From the human T2T-CHM13v2.0 reference genome, Homo sapiens: a stretch of DNA of 64,000 nt. Shown piece by piece: positions 42,202 through 57,169 of the stretch (positions are counted from its first letter, which is position 1; every line of letters starts with the position of its first letter). Where the stretch lies: assembly GCF_009914755.1 (NCBI RefSeq), contig NC_060942.1; one strand, written 5' to 3'. The notes beneath the pieces were generated by a model. That model made no database searches, was not told where the DNA came from, and was given only the letters and a program-made list of their open reading frames with translations. The position numbers were made by a program, and so were the translations under genes.

Positions 42202-44749
42202 GATCTAACTAGAATGCCAATGCCTACATTGAGGCTGTTTAATGGAGAGTTTATGAAAAGTTAGCTAGTGTCCTTGTGTAAACCTGTATGACTCTAGTTC
42301 AGAGTCTTCAGTAATTGCAATTCAAGAATAAAACCACACGGCACTTCCATTCCCGTGTAATTTGTTGTTGCTGGCTTGTGACATTCTACATATCCCAACT
42401 ATGAGACAGCCAGGCAGTGGGATGGACTGTGAGGTTCAGATGCCCGGAGATATGTGAGGAAGAGCTTTTAGCAATAAATATGAAAATGAAATCAAAGTAA
42501 AAACTGGCATTGAACCCCTGGTGTACTTAGGCTTACTTTTACCCAAATCCAAATCATTTCTTGACACTGCATGGTTACCAAGAGTGTCTGTCATTCAATA
42601 TTTCAGATTAAGATCTGTTCTTTGGTAGCTAAGTTCAGAGAAAAAAATATAGGATCTAGAAGTATCATTGCTATTTTTTCCTTGATACATTTAGTCTGGT
42701 ATTAAAATTGCTTGCAGAAGATTTGATTTTAAAAAAGTAGAAAAGAGACACTTATCCTGGTAAAATTATCCTGAAATCTTAAGAAATTAAGACAAATTGC
42801 ACCATAAAACCAGAAGCACAAAATTAAACAATATTATATTAAGAGAACCCAGTGACACATTTTCCTTCTAAATTAACTTTAAAATTAACTTTTAAATTAA
42901 GTTCAATCTCATATCAGTTTGCTTTGTAAGAAATAGAATATATGTACATGTTTGCCTTATTTTTAGCATGTTATATTCATTAAAATGTTTTAGTTTATTC
43001 AGCAGATACATTTAGCATTTCTTTCACAAGAAAGACAGTGAAGGAACAATTAATAACAGGACCCCAGTAATACCTGGGGGGTTTCTACATCTGCATTTTT
43101 TGCAAAAATAGAATAGCCTTCTAAGAAGCTGTCAGTGGCATTTGTGCAGCTGGACAGCTTTGCAGCAGATGTAACAGTAACTGTGATGCCAGGCTGTGCC
43201 CCAGAACCTGTAAGCATGACAAGCTCTGGCTTCTTCCCTCCTCTGAAAAGGTACAACATTGAAGAGGCAGTCGTTTCCCCTAGATCTGTAACCAAGCACA
43301 TCTGGGTGAAAGGGGAAGACATCTCTTCACAGAGAGGAGAATAAAGGCGGTGACCATCAGGGTGACAGGCAGCATGGACTGTTGCCACCTGTGCTGCAGG
43401 CAGCTTCAGTGCCTGGATGGTGGGACAGCTGGTCCTGCACTCAGTACGAGTCTCAGGCAGTGGTCTGGCCGCGCCTCCCTTGGGCTGCTTCTTCCTCCAC
43501 CGTCCTCCACTTTTGCTTTGTGTCTGCGTCAAGTCAGTAACGTTGGTCTGCAGCTCCCATCCCTCCTGATGGGCACTGCACTGAGGCCTTAGTGGGCATT
43601 ACCTGATGCCCTCATCACCCAGTGTACAAACACCTGCTGACAAGAAGCGTCCCTGAGCGGAACCCTTCTGCTGGGACACCGCACCTTCCGTGTCCTGAGT
43701 GGGCTGCACCCTCGTGGTGCTCAACTGGGTGACTTCACGCTGTCCTCAGCGCTGTCCTCGGCGCTCTCTCTCCAGTCAGCTCTCCTGCTCAGGCACCTTT
43801 TTGGGACACAGTCCTTGCCAGTTATTCCCTGTTTAATGTCCTCATGTGTCTTCACTTGCCCTGGGAGACTGTCGTCTTGAGAGAGCAAGCCATATGGGAC
43901 CCTGAGGCCTGGCCTCAGTTTCCCTCCCCCCCACTGCCCCACGGGGCCACGCCTCATCAGTGGCATGGACCTTTTAGTCAGCGAGCCCTCAGCCGGATGC
44001 TCCCGTGCTGGCCACTCCTGTCATCCCTGCTCTGTCCTCCCTGCAAACTCCTCCCTCAGGACCCTGCTTGAAGTTACGTCCTGCACAGTCATCCCTGGCC
44101 TTCCCTCAGCAGAATCTGTCACTCCCTCAAGGTGTCCCTGCAGTATTCTGCTCATGCCCCTGCTACGTGGCAGAACTCTGTTGTCCTATCCTGTCCAGAG
44201 CTCCAAAGCCCCCAGACCCTGTGGCTGCTGAGCACTTGAACCATGGACAGTCCAGGTGAGGATGTGCGGGGAGAGATGCCTCCTGCCTGTGGCTGAGCCC
44301 TGCCTGAAGGAGCTGATGAGGAAAAGCTCCTAAGCACAACAGTGCTGCTCACCTGGGCATCTAGTTGGCAGAGTCCTATCCCAGTGTTCGCACCCCCAGT
44401 TTCCTGGGTCTTAAGTTCAGATTATCAAGTGCTCCTCCTGCAAAAAAAAAAAAAATGGTGATTCTTGTGGCCCTTAGTTGACCCCGCACCTGGGATATGC
44501 TTATATTTGGTGTGGGGCAGAGAACTGAGTGTTCTTGAACCACTTCCACCCAACCAGAGGGAGGTGGGGACATCAGGTACACCTCATCCCCTGATGTCAC
44601 AGCCAAGTACCTGGAGCCACCAGGACTCCCTCTGAGCCCACAAAGGAGTGTCTTCTCACCACCCCGATTATACTGGTCTAGTTATGCTTTGGAGTTAAAG
44701 CCAGGCTGCTATTGCAGGGCTGCTGCAATCCTTGCAAGCACAGTTGTTC

Positions 44750-44815
44750 TTTGCTTGCGCTTGCTCTCGCTCTCGCTCTCACTCTCACTCTTGCTCGCTC
44801 TCTTTCTCTCTCTCT
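44750..44815 (+). repeat. Degenerate (CTCTCG/CTCTCA)n pyrimidine-rich repeat
   Basis: Directly visible. Confidence 0.8.
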
Positions 44816-46450
44816 GACTTCAGTTTAACTTTTTAAACTTCAGTAATAAGTGTTCCTCAAAATAGATGGTCTTCCTGGTTGTAGGTACAGCCAGCAGGGT
44901 TGAGTTCTGCTGCCTTCCAGCATGGTTTTCCTGGGGCCTGTAAAAGTCCTGCAAATTTGCTCTGACACTCTGTTGACATGGAGGTCCTGTTTGTTGTTAT
45001 AAATAAGGACCAGTGTCTCTAGGACACACCTTACTGTGTATAACTGAATGGCAGATTTTGTCCCTTACTTCTTAAAAATTAAATGGCAGAGGAGCTGGCC
45101 ATGTAAAAGCCCTGTGTGTGTTTACCAAAAAGTACTTGAATTTTGTTTGGGTTTTGTGTTCTGGTGCATATGAAGTGAATTTTGGTAGGAGTATGTGCAT
45201 TCAGAGAATATGTCATCACACTTTTTTCTTTATTTGAGTGCCACTTGGCTCTTATTTGATTAAGGTAATTTCAGTGACATATTTTGAAGCAATTCACCTT
45301 GAAAGGCAGAGGCACCACCCAGGTGCAGAAACCTTCCTTGGGTTATGCAACGCCCAGCGTGGGTGGAACCGCACTCACACTTTACCTCTTCCTGAACCAC
45401 AGCCCTGCTCTGATTGCATGATGGAAGCTGAGGTGCCTGACAAGTGGAAGGAGGAAAAGGAACATTCTGCCTTCCTTTTCTCTGTAATGCCAAAGCTGGC
45501 GTCATGCATTACTGAGGGCCTCTGTCAGCACTGGGGCCGGCCAGTGGCACAGCTGATGGGGTAGCTGCACTCGCTAGTCCTCTGGGAAAGCCCAGGTTGT
45601 TTTTCTGGCTTAGTGTTAGAGGCAGCTGTGATGTTTACCTCGATCTGTAACATACAAAGATCTGATCATATGCTGTCTTTGCTTACATTCTATTATTGTC
45701 TGACTTATGTTCTAAATTCTCTACAATTCCCTTCCATTTGTCTTAAGAAACTCTAAACCTTTTTTTTTTTGGAAATCACTACTTAATGATTTTGAGGATG
45801 GAACCCCAGACAGTTGGTAATAGTGGATGGTTTTCCTTTTCTGTAGTTGAGTGGCTTTCTAATTCTTTTGATGGCACACAAAAAGAAATTAACCTTAGAT
45901 CACAACTTAGTACACACATTTATGTATGCATGTAACTGAGATGAGTTCCTCAAAATAGCACATACCTGTGTTTTATGTGAGGCACTGATATTTTCTGTTC
46001 TATATTATGCTTAACTTTAAAAAATACTTCCTGTGTACCATTTGTGGGACTGTAACTCACAACTTAAAAAATATTACCTTGATACATAGCTCCAGAAATA
46101 CACATGGGTCATTTTACCAAGAATCACCAGTGCTTTTGCTCTGTTACCCCGGCTGGAGTTTGGTGGCACGATCATAGCTCCTTGCACCCTCAACCCCCTG
46201 GGCTCCCAGCTGGGGGTCTTTAGGACCCCAGCGTGACCTGTGGGTAGCCCTTACTTCCTTTAATACTTTTCTTCTGCACAGTCAGGTGCTCTCCCTTTGA
46301 GCTTCCGTGTGAAGTTCACTGTGCACCCAGCTCTGCTACCACCGCCTCTGTCTTGAAAGGAATAGGGTGGGGTGGTCATTGGTGTATAGTAAGATTCGAA
46401 TCACATCCTTCAAGTACAGTTCTACCCTAAAGATAAGAGTCCCTGTGGTT

Positions 46451-46477
46451 TTTGTTGTTGTTGTTGTTGTTGTTGTT
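46451..46477 (+). repeat. (TTG)n microsatellite
   Basis: About 8-9 TTG units. Confidence 0.9.
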
Positions 46478-47414
46478 TGAATGGATGTGTTCTTTGAGAA
46501 ATTGAGTCTTGAGTATTTTGTGAGGACATCTAAGCCTGGCGTCCACGTCAGTGCTGATAGATTTGACCTAGTGTGCACTCCCATCTGGGGAAATGCCCAT
46601 AGGCTATAATCTCTTTCACTGGAGCGATTATAATAGCCCCCGGGCTTCAGGTCCCAGTGGCATCCACCCTTGGTGGCAGCATACCCCTCTGCATGAACAG
46701 GGCGCCCACTTGTCCCCTCCTTCTTACTTAGTAGTGATTTTTAAATGGGAGGGTGGCAGTCCTGAATGTAGTTCATCAGTATTTACCGCACAAGCTCTAA
46801 AGGACACAGTGTTTTATTTGTGTATTTATTTAACTTTTCCAATATCGGAATATGAATTTTTGTTTCACCTGATAGGACACGTTTCAGGGGCTCCATTCTA
46901 CATTGTCATTTCACAGGAAAAATATTTGATGGCTCATTAGAAGGGAACATCTATTATTTTGTTACTGAAAGGCACATTTTCAACCTTGAGAATTGGATGG
47001 CAGGTAATGGCATGGAAATTGACAGCATTTTACCACTTAAAAATAACCACAAGAAATACCAATGTTCACCGAATGAGTTGAAGTTAATTTGGTTTTGTAG
47101 GCTATTGTAGTTAACTTGATGCTTGATGGAAATAATTTTGTATTGGAAATCATTAAAAATTGATTTGATTAATGCTTTTATAATGTTGGTATGAGGTGTT
47201 GCACTGTGGTGGTGATGACCTAAGGGTGCTGTGATGGCCTCAAACGTTGTCCCTCCGGGGCCCACAGGCAGGATCCCACACACTAGCACACCTCCCAGTT
47301 CCTCTTACCATCAAACAGAGGTGTTCCTTCAACATGCCTGCTCCTCCCTGTGGCATAAAGGCACCAGGAGGTTCTCTGATCCCCTGTTAGATCTCCTCTG
47401 CAGGGTTGAAGACA

Positions 47415-47724
<310 letters not shown>

Positions 47725-48339
47725 ATTTTTGTTTTTAATCGGTGTAGTGTCCCTAACCTAAATATTTCACATGGCCTGAACTTTCTGTAGTTTTAGCAGC
47801 AATGGGATGCTTTGAAACCTAGATCTCTCACCAACTACATCTTCCATTGACTGGTGAAACACTAGTTTAAGCCAATTCATTTTGACCATGTGCATTTTTG
47901 TGCTTGATCCCTATTTTATTTCAAAAATAATTTCCATCTCTATTCATGTAAACTAATAAGAGCCTTCCGTTTCCTTTAATGGCAAATTGTCTCATCTTTT
48001 ACTGTTTTAAAACATTTTTTTAACATCATGAGAAAACGTGATAAAAGGTATAAGTGTAGTTTCCTGGCTTTTGCAGTACCTCAGGGAATTCGGTAAACTG
48101 TATTCCATTTGAGGAAAGGAACGGTTGGAGTAGGAGGTAGTGTAAAGATAACATAGCAAATAAGCATTTTACCAGAACCCTCTGAAGTCTCATCAGACTG
48201 TGCCATCATCAGAATCCCTCCCTTCTCATCTACACCGTTTAAAGCCAGCATCCAGTCAGAAGCCCAGAGCTGGTACCGCCTTGCTTTCCTGCCAGTTGCT
48301 GACATATGGCACACAGTGTCAGTTAAGGGCACAGGCTGA

Positions 48340-48470
48340 TGGGCAGCTTGGCCACATACCTCTCTGGCTTCCTATCTGTAAAATGGGCACAATCATTGTA
48401 CCTGCCTCTGAAGGTTGTTGCGAGAACTAGACGCAGCCTTGGCACAGAGCCCACAGAGAGTGAGCACTGT
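48340..48470 (+). mobile_element. MIR fragment
   Basis: tttcctatctgtaaaatgggcacaatcattgtacctgcctctgaaggttgttgcgag. Confidence 0.65.
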
Positions 48471-48879
48471 GTAAAGACTGGCTGCCAGCCATTAGTACTG
48501 GGTGCCTGTCTTTTGGTGTCTGGGCAAAGCTTTAACCTGTTTTATCAGTTTAGAACTCAGATGTCTCCCTGGCAAAACAACACGGGCATATAGATATTTT
48601 GTGAAGTTTTGTTGAAGTGCACTTAGGTTAATGATTCATGGGCAGCCTTTCAAAGCTATCAGGCTGTGAAACAGCTTTGAATAAGATTGTCTTGTCCTTC
48701 TGCTGATTGTCTTTTCCTTCCCACATTAGCAGCCATAGCAGGAGGAGGAGAGGTGGCAAGTGGCCACACTACTCTGCTCACATTAAGCAGACAATTTATG
48801 GTCAATATTCAGTGAATTTCTTTTTTTTATAGTACAGTTAACTGATATTTATATTAGCTTTAAAATTATAGCAAAATCA

Positions 48880-49178
<299 letters not shown>

Positions 49179-50726
49179 TAGTGAAATCAGCCAAATAGAG
49201 AACTAACAGGCACACTGCCTAATTCCTTGTGTAACTGTCATTGGTGTGAGTCACTGGGGCAGCGTGATTAGGTCTGTGAGCTGGATAGCAAGGCTGTCAT
49301 TATTCTCAAGGCCTTCTGCTGACTGCTGCTCTTGGTAAGACATACAGAATCTGTGGGCACCTCCTCTTACCGCTCTATGCTAGATGAGGCGTCTCCACGT
49401 TGAGTTGTAGTAGATACAGCTAAGAAAGTAAAAGAAATGAAAATCTCATCAAAAGGATTGGGGCTAGTCTCATTCTTCATGCATACCCAAACCGTGGTAA
49501 CTTTGATTTTTTTATTATCCAGAATGGATTGTTTAGAGGAGACAGATGGCTTTCCAGTTCATCAAATTTTTTCAATTATCTAAAAGGAATTCCTACGCTT
49601 GGAGCAAGTCATTTCAATAAATCTCATTCATATTTACCTGCTGCTTCCTTTTAAATGGAAGAAGAGAATGTTTTTCAAGTACACTTGAAAAATAGCATAT
49701 GTGAATTAGAAACTTCCTCTGTAAACTAGCAGAGTAGAAATAAGAGGCCAGGATTCAGCACCAGGTAGGCTGGATTCCTTCTTAGGTGGCTCAAGCTGGC
49801 TATGGGGCTGGTCTCATCATATCTAAAGAACTGCCCAGCTTTTACGCATTTTGAATGTGGTGGAACCAGCTGCATCTTTTTATATGAGAGCGGCAAATAG
49901 TCATTGTGTTCCAGTTTGCTTCTCGGGTCATCTAAACATCAGAGGCCATGCCACAAGCACCGTAACTGAGGGATATAGTGTGACTGTGGTCCAGGCCAGT
50001 GACCTCTGGAGCTGAATCATGACTTCCCAGATGACTCCCAGAGCCTGAGAGGGGACTGGTGCGTGGCTCCAAATGATTTTCACCTGGGCCTCTTTGAAGT
50101 CGGGAGAGATACGTGCAGTATGGTAGATGTGGAGAGGGAGAGGCATGGTGTGTCCAAAAATTAGCAGGACCTGATCCATATACGTGGATTCTGAAGCAGT
50201 GCACTTACTAGATTAAAAAAAAAACAATGTACTTACTGGATTTAAAAAGTGTGTATTTTTTTGTGAGATGCAGTTTGTAAGATGCATTGGTAACTAGGCC
50301 ATATACTTTTTCCATTGGCTCTCAGCTCTCAAGAAGCTCTTTAGTTTTTAGCATTGGATCAGTAAACACTTATTAAAATGTTCCCAGCATTTGTTTGCCA
50401 TCTTCTCTTTCAGCTGGGCCCAGCTGTGCCCTCAAACCCTGCCTGTCTCTTCCCTGACTGATCATGTTCTCCCAGCTTCTACAGAGGCTTCCATAGCATT
50501 GTGCTTGGTAGCAGACACCAGACAGAATCTCAGCCAGCTCAGTCCAGGCGCACGGGCTCCTGGTCTCCCGGGGTGTGGTTACTCGTGTCTCCTCGGGGCC
50601 TTCCGCCCTCCACATTCCAGTGCCAGGCCCTGGACCTTTGTCTCTATTCATGATAAAACATTTTTAGGAAATGCTGACGCTCAGTGAAGAAATGGAAACA
50701 CTAACTCTTTGTTCTCTTCCTAACAG

Positions 50727-50777
50727 ACACGAGACGACTTCCTGGGCCAGGTGGACGTGCCCCTTAGTCACCTTCCG
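50727..50777 (+). CDS. NEDD4L: NEDD4L coding exon (probably exon 6), C2 domain part: TRDDFLGQVDVPLSHLP
   Basis: Branch-like CTAAC at 50701, pyrimidine tract and TAACAG acceptor, 51 nt phase 0/0, CCG|GTAAGG donor; translation matches recalled NEDD4L C2 sequence. Confidence 0.96.
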
Positions 50778-53018
50778 GTAAGGACAGTCTCATGTTTGAT
50801 GCTTCGTGCTGGGGGCGGGGGTTTCTAATTGTTTGTAGTCAGTGTATTTTCAGAGTGGCATTTCTTCACCACGGTGAAGAAGGCTGAAATGAAGCACGTG
50901 TGCTGTGGCCTTAGTCCTTTCTGGAAAGTGGTCCTTTCAAGGGGATGGAGGAGAAGCTGGCTGTAAGAGTAGTCAAGGGTGCCTGAGTCGTGCGCTTGCG
51001 TTCCCATCCACCAGCTCCCTCTCTTTTCTGCACTTCAGCTGCTCCACCTTTGTGTATCACATCTTACAAAACAGACACCTCCTTCACTCAGGCCTCCCTT
51101 CTTGTCACTTACTGTCTCTGCTTCCTAATGCATCCTCCGGGTCCCATCAGATGTTTGCACTCTTTGTCTGGAACCGCACATGCCATTTCTCTTGGATTCC
51201 TGTACACAAACTATAATAGCATTTCCCAGATTTTGGTGTCTGGCTTTCTCAGTCAGCATGGTGACAAAAGAAGAGCCTGTTCATTCTGAGTGAACTTGTC
51301 AGCTGGGAACACCCACCCTCGCTGGAACACGCACTGAGTTAGCATGTGTGGTGCTGCCATTTCTCTCTGCTCAAAGTAGCGGAGCAGTCGAGGCTGTTGA
51401 CTAGTGACGGGCATTAGGGCTGACACCCGAAACAGGAGGCAGGGCAGACAGAATGTGTAGGTAGGACCTGGAGGCCTTGAGAAAGGTGGATCCCCATCTC
51501 CTATTCCAGCTTCAGTTTTCCGGCTTGTCCCAGCCTTCCTCCTGGCCTTCTTCCCTGGGCAGCACAACGACGTGATAGAAGTAGCAGCTGAGAGAGGAAA
51601 GGCGAATGTTTCTGCCTTACAAGGGCATTGTGTTATTTTTTTAAATGCTTTGTGTGAGCAAATAGCATAAATAGTCTATAAAGTAAAGTGACTTTACTTT
51701 ATTTACTTTATTTAAAGCTATTTAAAGCTAGCATAAGCTTCCTGCTGTGTGGAAATTATGGCTGTTTCCATATGTTAAATACCAAGTAAGCTTTGAAGAT
51801 GTGTTGTGAAGGAAGGTGATAGCAAGTAATTTACTCTTACTCACTCAGGGGAGCTGTTAAGGAAGAAAGTCGCAAGGTTCCAAAGGACTGGAAGTGAAAG
51901 TGATATTCTTAAAATATCTTGTTTGTTTCTTTTTAAAACTCTGAAGCTCCAGGGTGCCACGGGAGGGGCCTGCCCAGGGCTTCTGCGTGAGACCTACTCC
52001 ATGAGCCATCAGAAACCTGACTGCTCTTCTCAGGTCACGTTGGGAGGATGTGACTATTTCACCTTTTGTGAGCAAAGACCTCGCATCCTTCTACGTTGGG
52101 AGGTCTTCTGTGTATGTTCTTCAGACTGAAGCTGCGATCCTCTCACACTTTTAGACAGTGTTGGTTGATGGGCCAGCTCTTTTATGGACGTCTCCAGCCA
52201 CCCTTTCCCTAATGTAAAAACCACATCTTGGCCAGGGGAAATTATTTTCTGAGAGGCAAATATTCTAATATTTGGTAAGAGGCAAAAGTGACATGTTTAA
52301 AAACCTTGCTCTGACAAGCTCTTTTTTGAGTGAGTGAGCAGCACCTGGTCTTGAAAGGTTGAGTAGGGCTCCCAGAAAATAGAAAAAGGTTCCTCCTCCG
52401 AGGCCAAGTCAGTATAAAGAATAGTTTAGCTTTGGATTCTGAGTGGAGGCAGGGTCAGTGAGCCTTCAAAGAAGGAAGCGGTGCAGAGGCACAGGGCAGG
52501 AATAGAAGCCAGCCGATTGCAGAGGGTAGAGCCGTGAACGCCCAGAGAGGACCGAGTGCCCCTAGTTACTCGTGTGCCCAGAGGGTAACTTGCAGTGGCG
52601 TGCTTCACCTCCATACTTCAAACTGACTAGCTGTTCACAGCCAACTATAGTCAGAGAGATGGACCACAAAGAAAACAAAAGGAGAGGCGTGAAGGTATAT
52701 TCTTTATTCATGTGGCAGTAGAACCCAAGTTGCGTGTTCTGAATGCACGTGGCTTTTGAATCCAGGATTTCAGGTGCTTTCGTGTGTATGTTTGGTCGTG
52801 TGTATAGGATGCTCATGGGGAAATTACAGTGGCATTCTGTTTGTGTGATAGCACACAGGTATGAGTGTGGAGAGGGCGGGAGCATATGCGTGTATTTTGT
52901 GGATCGAATTATGGATGCTGTGTTCTTGATTAGTATATGACCATTGTCAAGGTGGATTATTAACAGTCTGTAGATTCAAAATTTGTCAAAACCACCAAGC
53001 TTTAGATAAAAGGAAATA

Positions 53019-53296
53019 GACCAGGCACAGTGGCTCATGCCTGTAACCCCAGCACTTTTGGAGGCCGAGGCAGGAGGATCGCTTGAGTCCAGGAGTTAAA
53101 GACCAGCCTTGGCAACATGGCAAGACCCTGTCTCTATAGAGAAACTTAAAGATTAACCCAGCATGGTGGCACATGCCTGTTGCCTCAACTGTTTAGAAGG
53201 CTGAGGTGGGAGGATCGCTTGAGCATGGGAGGTCATTACTACGCTGAGCCGTGGTTGTACCACTGCGCTCCAGCCTTGGAGACAGAGCAAGCTCTC
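53019..53296 (+). mobile_element. Alu (AluJ-like), tail eroded
   Basis: ccaggcacagtggctcatgcctgtaacccc...gaggatcgcttgag. Confidence 0.88.
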
Positions 53297-54589
53297 CTTT
53301 TGCTTTTACATTCAGAGACCAAGAGCAAACTTAGCTGTAACTGTACCATCATTGACTTTTCAACTGCCGTTTTCACATTTGTCTGTTAAATTCAGTGCAT
53401 CGTTGTCTAAAAATTCATATGATATTTGATAACTTGAATCTATTAATTATTTAGCGATAAAGAGAACTCTGAGATCTGTATTAACAGAGTGAGATTTCTG
53501 GCAGGTGTCTGCCTGTTGCACCTTCCTCTTGACTTGTCAGCTCTGTCTCCCCTTCCCCTGGAGCCCTCAGTAACCCACCTTTGCCCAGCCACAAAATCTC
53601 TTCGTCCCTGGGAAAGGCAGTGGGGCAGAGAGAGCTATTTTAAAACATTAAGTTTTCCTAAATCCCAGTCATGTGCCACTTAAGACAACCATGGCTGACT
53701 CTGGAATTTAAATTTTCCTAGATGAGGCATTTTCAGGGTGGTGGTATTATTTGATGCCCTGCCTGTACTTGGAGGTAGCTCAGCTGACCAACATCCTTTT
53801 ACCCCTTTTGTGTTTATGGCTGATGGCTGGTAGCAGGTAGCAGGCTGATGGTTCCCTCTCATGAGTGCAGAATTCAAAATCATGGAGTTTGGAGGGACTT
53901 CAGAGACACTGATTCACTCCCAGTATTTTCCAGGTGAAAAAGCCTGGGCCCAGAGAGGGAGGGGACTTGCCCAGCAATAAGCAGGTCATTGGTGGTGCTG
54001 GATCTGACCCTGGCTCTCCAGCATCATTGTGAGCCTGTGATGTGGTCAAGGGTGTGGGCATGGGGTGGATTCGCCCAAGGCTTAGGTGCTTGCAGTGGTT
54101 GCATACAAGTTTCGAGTCTAGGGACCCAGCAGGGCCCTCTCCTTCCATTTGCCTGCAGAATCCTTTATCTCACTCTATTCCATAGTGAATGCACCTAGGC
54201 TGAAAGCAACTACTCTCTTTCAAGATGAAAGTACTGAGTATCCAGATTTTCTTCTGAATGCTTTTACCCTGGAACGGGGGCAGCATTGTGGCTATTGTGG
54301 CTAATAGCACTGTTTGCAGCAGTGTGTTTAAGATGGCTTTCCACCAGGAGCACCCTCAAAGCCATCCTGGGAGGCTCCACTCAGCTCTGCTCCAGGGAAC
54401 AGGATCAGATTGGAACCTGGATGAATGCCAAGAAGAATCTTGTAGTTATCTATAAGATCATCTTCTAATTCAGGCTAGAGAATTTCAATGAACGTGAACT
54501 TTGATTTTAATGCCCTACCTGTTACTGCTTGGCATTGAGTTGGCAGTACTGACAAATGATATGAACGTGTAGAATTGGCCAATGAACAT

Positions 54590-54810
54590 GGCTAGTGTTT
54601 GTTGAGTGTGCCAGGTGCCCTTGAGAACTTTATAGAAACCAACTCAGTTGATTGGTTTGATCCTCACAACAGCCCTGTAAGTTATGGTTACTGCCCCATT
54701 TTATAGATGAGGACACTGAGGCCAAGAGAGATAAGGAACTTGCCCTTAGCCACTTGGCTCTGTAAGTAACAAAGCCAGGATGCAAACCTAGGAGATCTGC
54801 CTTTTGACCT
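54590..54810 (-). mobile_element. MIR
   Basis: atcctcacaacagccctgtaag...ccccattttatagatgaggacactgaggcc. Confidence 0.8.
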
Positions 54811-55261
54811 GTGTGATATCAGTCATTTAAGCTGCATAGGGTATGGACAGACTCAGGTTCAGAGTCCCTCTAAGCTCCGTGGTTTTCCCTCTTCACTCTC
54901 TTGCATGTTCTCTGCTGCTCCTAGATTGCTCATGCCCACTGGTGATCCTGTAGGCTTTGTCATACTGTTTGATTTCCTATGTTTAAACTGTCCTTTCTCC
55001 CTGTTCTCTACCTCTCAAAGCCTTCCCATCACCCTGTATTGTATTGAACTCCACATCCAAAACCATTTTGATTTCCAAGTCAGAGTCCGTCTGTTCCCTG
55101 TACCCCAAGTCTCACAGAATGTAACCTCTCTGTGTCAGTGAATTTGTTCTGCCTTAGCTTCTAGTGGATTGTTGACATGATGGCTCTTCCCTTGTAATTG
55201 TAACCATAAGGACTGCTATACCATGTTGTATCCACATGTCGTTGACATAATATTGCTCTCA

Positions 55262-55573
<312 letters not shown>

Positions 55574-55736
55574 TGTTGGTTTAATAAATGAAAAAAGGAA
55601 GGAAAACCAGCAATAGTTTTCTTAATAAATTATCCATTTATTTCCTTATATATATTTACAAACCTTTTGGTAGAAAATATTTTCAAAATGTATGTTTATT
55701 ACTGCCTCATAAGAACAGTCTAGAAAATATAATTTA

Positions 55737-56345
55737 CTTCATTCAATGATAGTGAATTTTGAGAGCCTCCATAGTTTACTACAGATCAGATGAATTGAGT
55801 GCTTACGTGAGTACCTACTTGGTGCCAGGCAATGTTCTTGGCACCGGTGATCCAATGGTGAGCAAATTCAAGTCTCTGTTCTCATGGGCTTACATTCTGG
55901 AAGTGATGGATAATAAACTAGTATGTCAACAAATGAACAGGTACTTTCAGAAAGTGATATGAGGAAGATACAGCAGGACGATAGGATGGGGGGTGATAAG
56001 GGTGGCTGATGGTGGGAACTCTAAAGGATGAGACCTGGGATCTCACACTTGGATGGCAAAGTGGAAACAGCCATGCCATCCAGAGTCAGCTGTCCAGCAG
56101 AGGGACCTGCCTGTGCATGGGCCCTACTGCAGTACATATAATCTGCATCCATGGCAGATGAGGACAGGATGGTTGGGAGTACAAGGAAGGAAGAGAGAGA
56201 CTGGTTCCCAATGAGGTTAAAGTTGATTCAAGGCCAGATTATAGTTGGTCTTCTAAGTCATAGGAAAGAATTTTCAGTTTATTATGAGAGGAGTAGGAAC
56301 CCATTGAGAGTTTAAAGCAGAGAATGACATAAACAGATAACATTT
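55737..56345 (-). mobile_element. L2 fragment
   Basis: gagtacctacttggtgccaggcaatgttctt...gagagtttaaagcagagaatgacat. Confidence 0.7.
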
Positions 56346-57169
56346 CAAATAGCAGTGCATACGTACATACATGTGTGTGCATGCACGCGCACACAAACCT
56401 GATACAGTAAATCACTGGACTGGTTTATCTCTTGCTATAAAAGTATTTGAAATTGTGTTTAATTGAAGGGTCTAGGTATTTGAGGTTTTACTGAATATAT
56501 AGTATTTAAAGATTAATGAAATAGTCACACTTATTTATCCAATTTCCTGCTTTGGTAGGAACTTCACAATGAACTTCACACAATCAAATGAACACTGATT
56601 TCTTTAAAAATGAACAAATACTCCACTTGTACTCATAGCTTCATGAACTGAACCTCAGCAGAAGGTTGATCGGTGCTGCTTCCTGGGGTGATCTCTGTGC
56701 AGGAGATAGTCTTTCAATTCTCTTAGGCTGATGATGTGAGATTTTAATACAAAAAACAAAGTTTCCCTCAAAGATTAAATCTTGTATATTCTTCTGTTTA
56801 CTCCACCCATATGTGTCTCGAGTCACAGGCATATAGCAAGGCACTGGTGACCGCTGGTTCTCCGAAGTGAATCAGCTCTGTGAGACTGAGGCCACACCCT
56901 GCAGTTAGAAATTTTACTTGGCAATGACAGCTGTAATTTTGTCATTTGTCTGTGGCTGGGGCTGGCTCCTAAAACCCGGTGTGGATAGTGACATCTAGTG
57001 GATCTCTAGTAGATCAGTTCCGTGGACTGTCAGGTACCAAGTGAAGAAACACATTCAGCGGTGCCACATTCTAAAATTCAAAATATATTCTCTGTAATCC
57101 AGTTGCCTGTATCTAAAACATGAAATTATTAGGAATATTAAAATTTAATTTACTGTTTTTTCCCCACAG

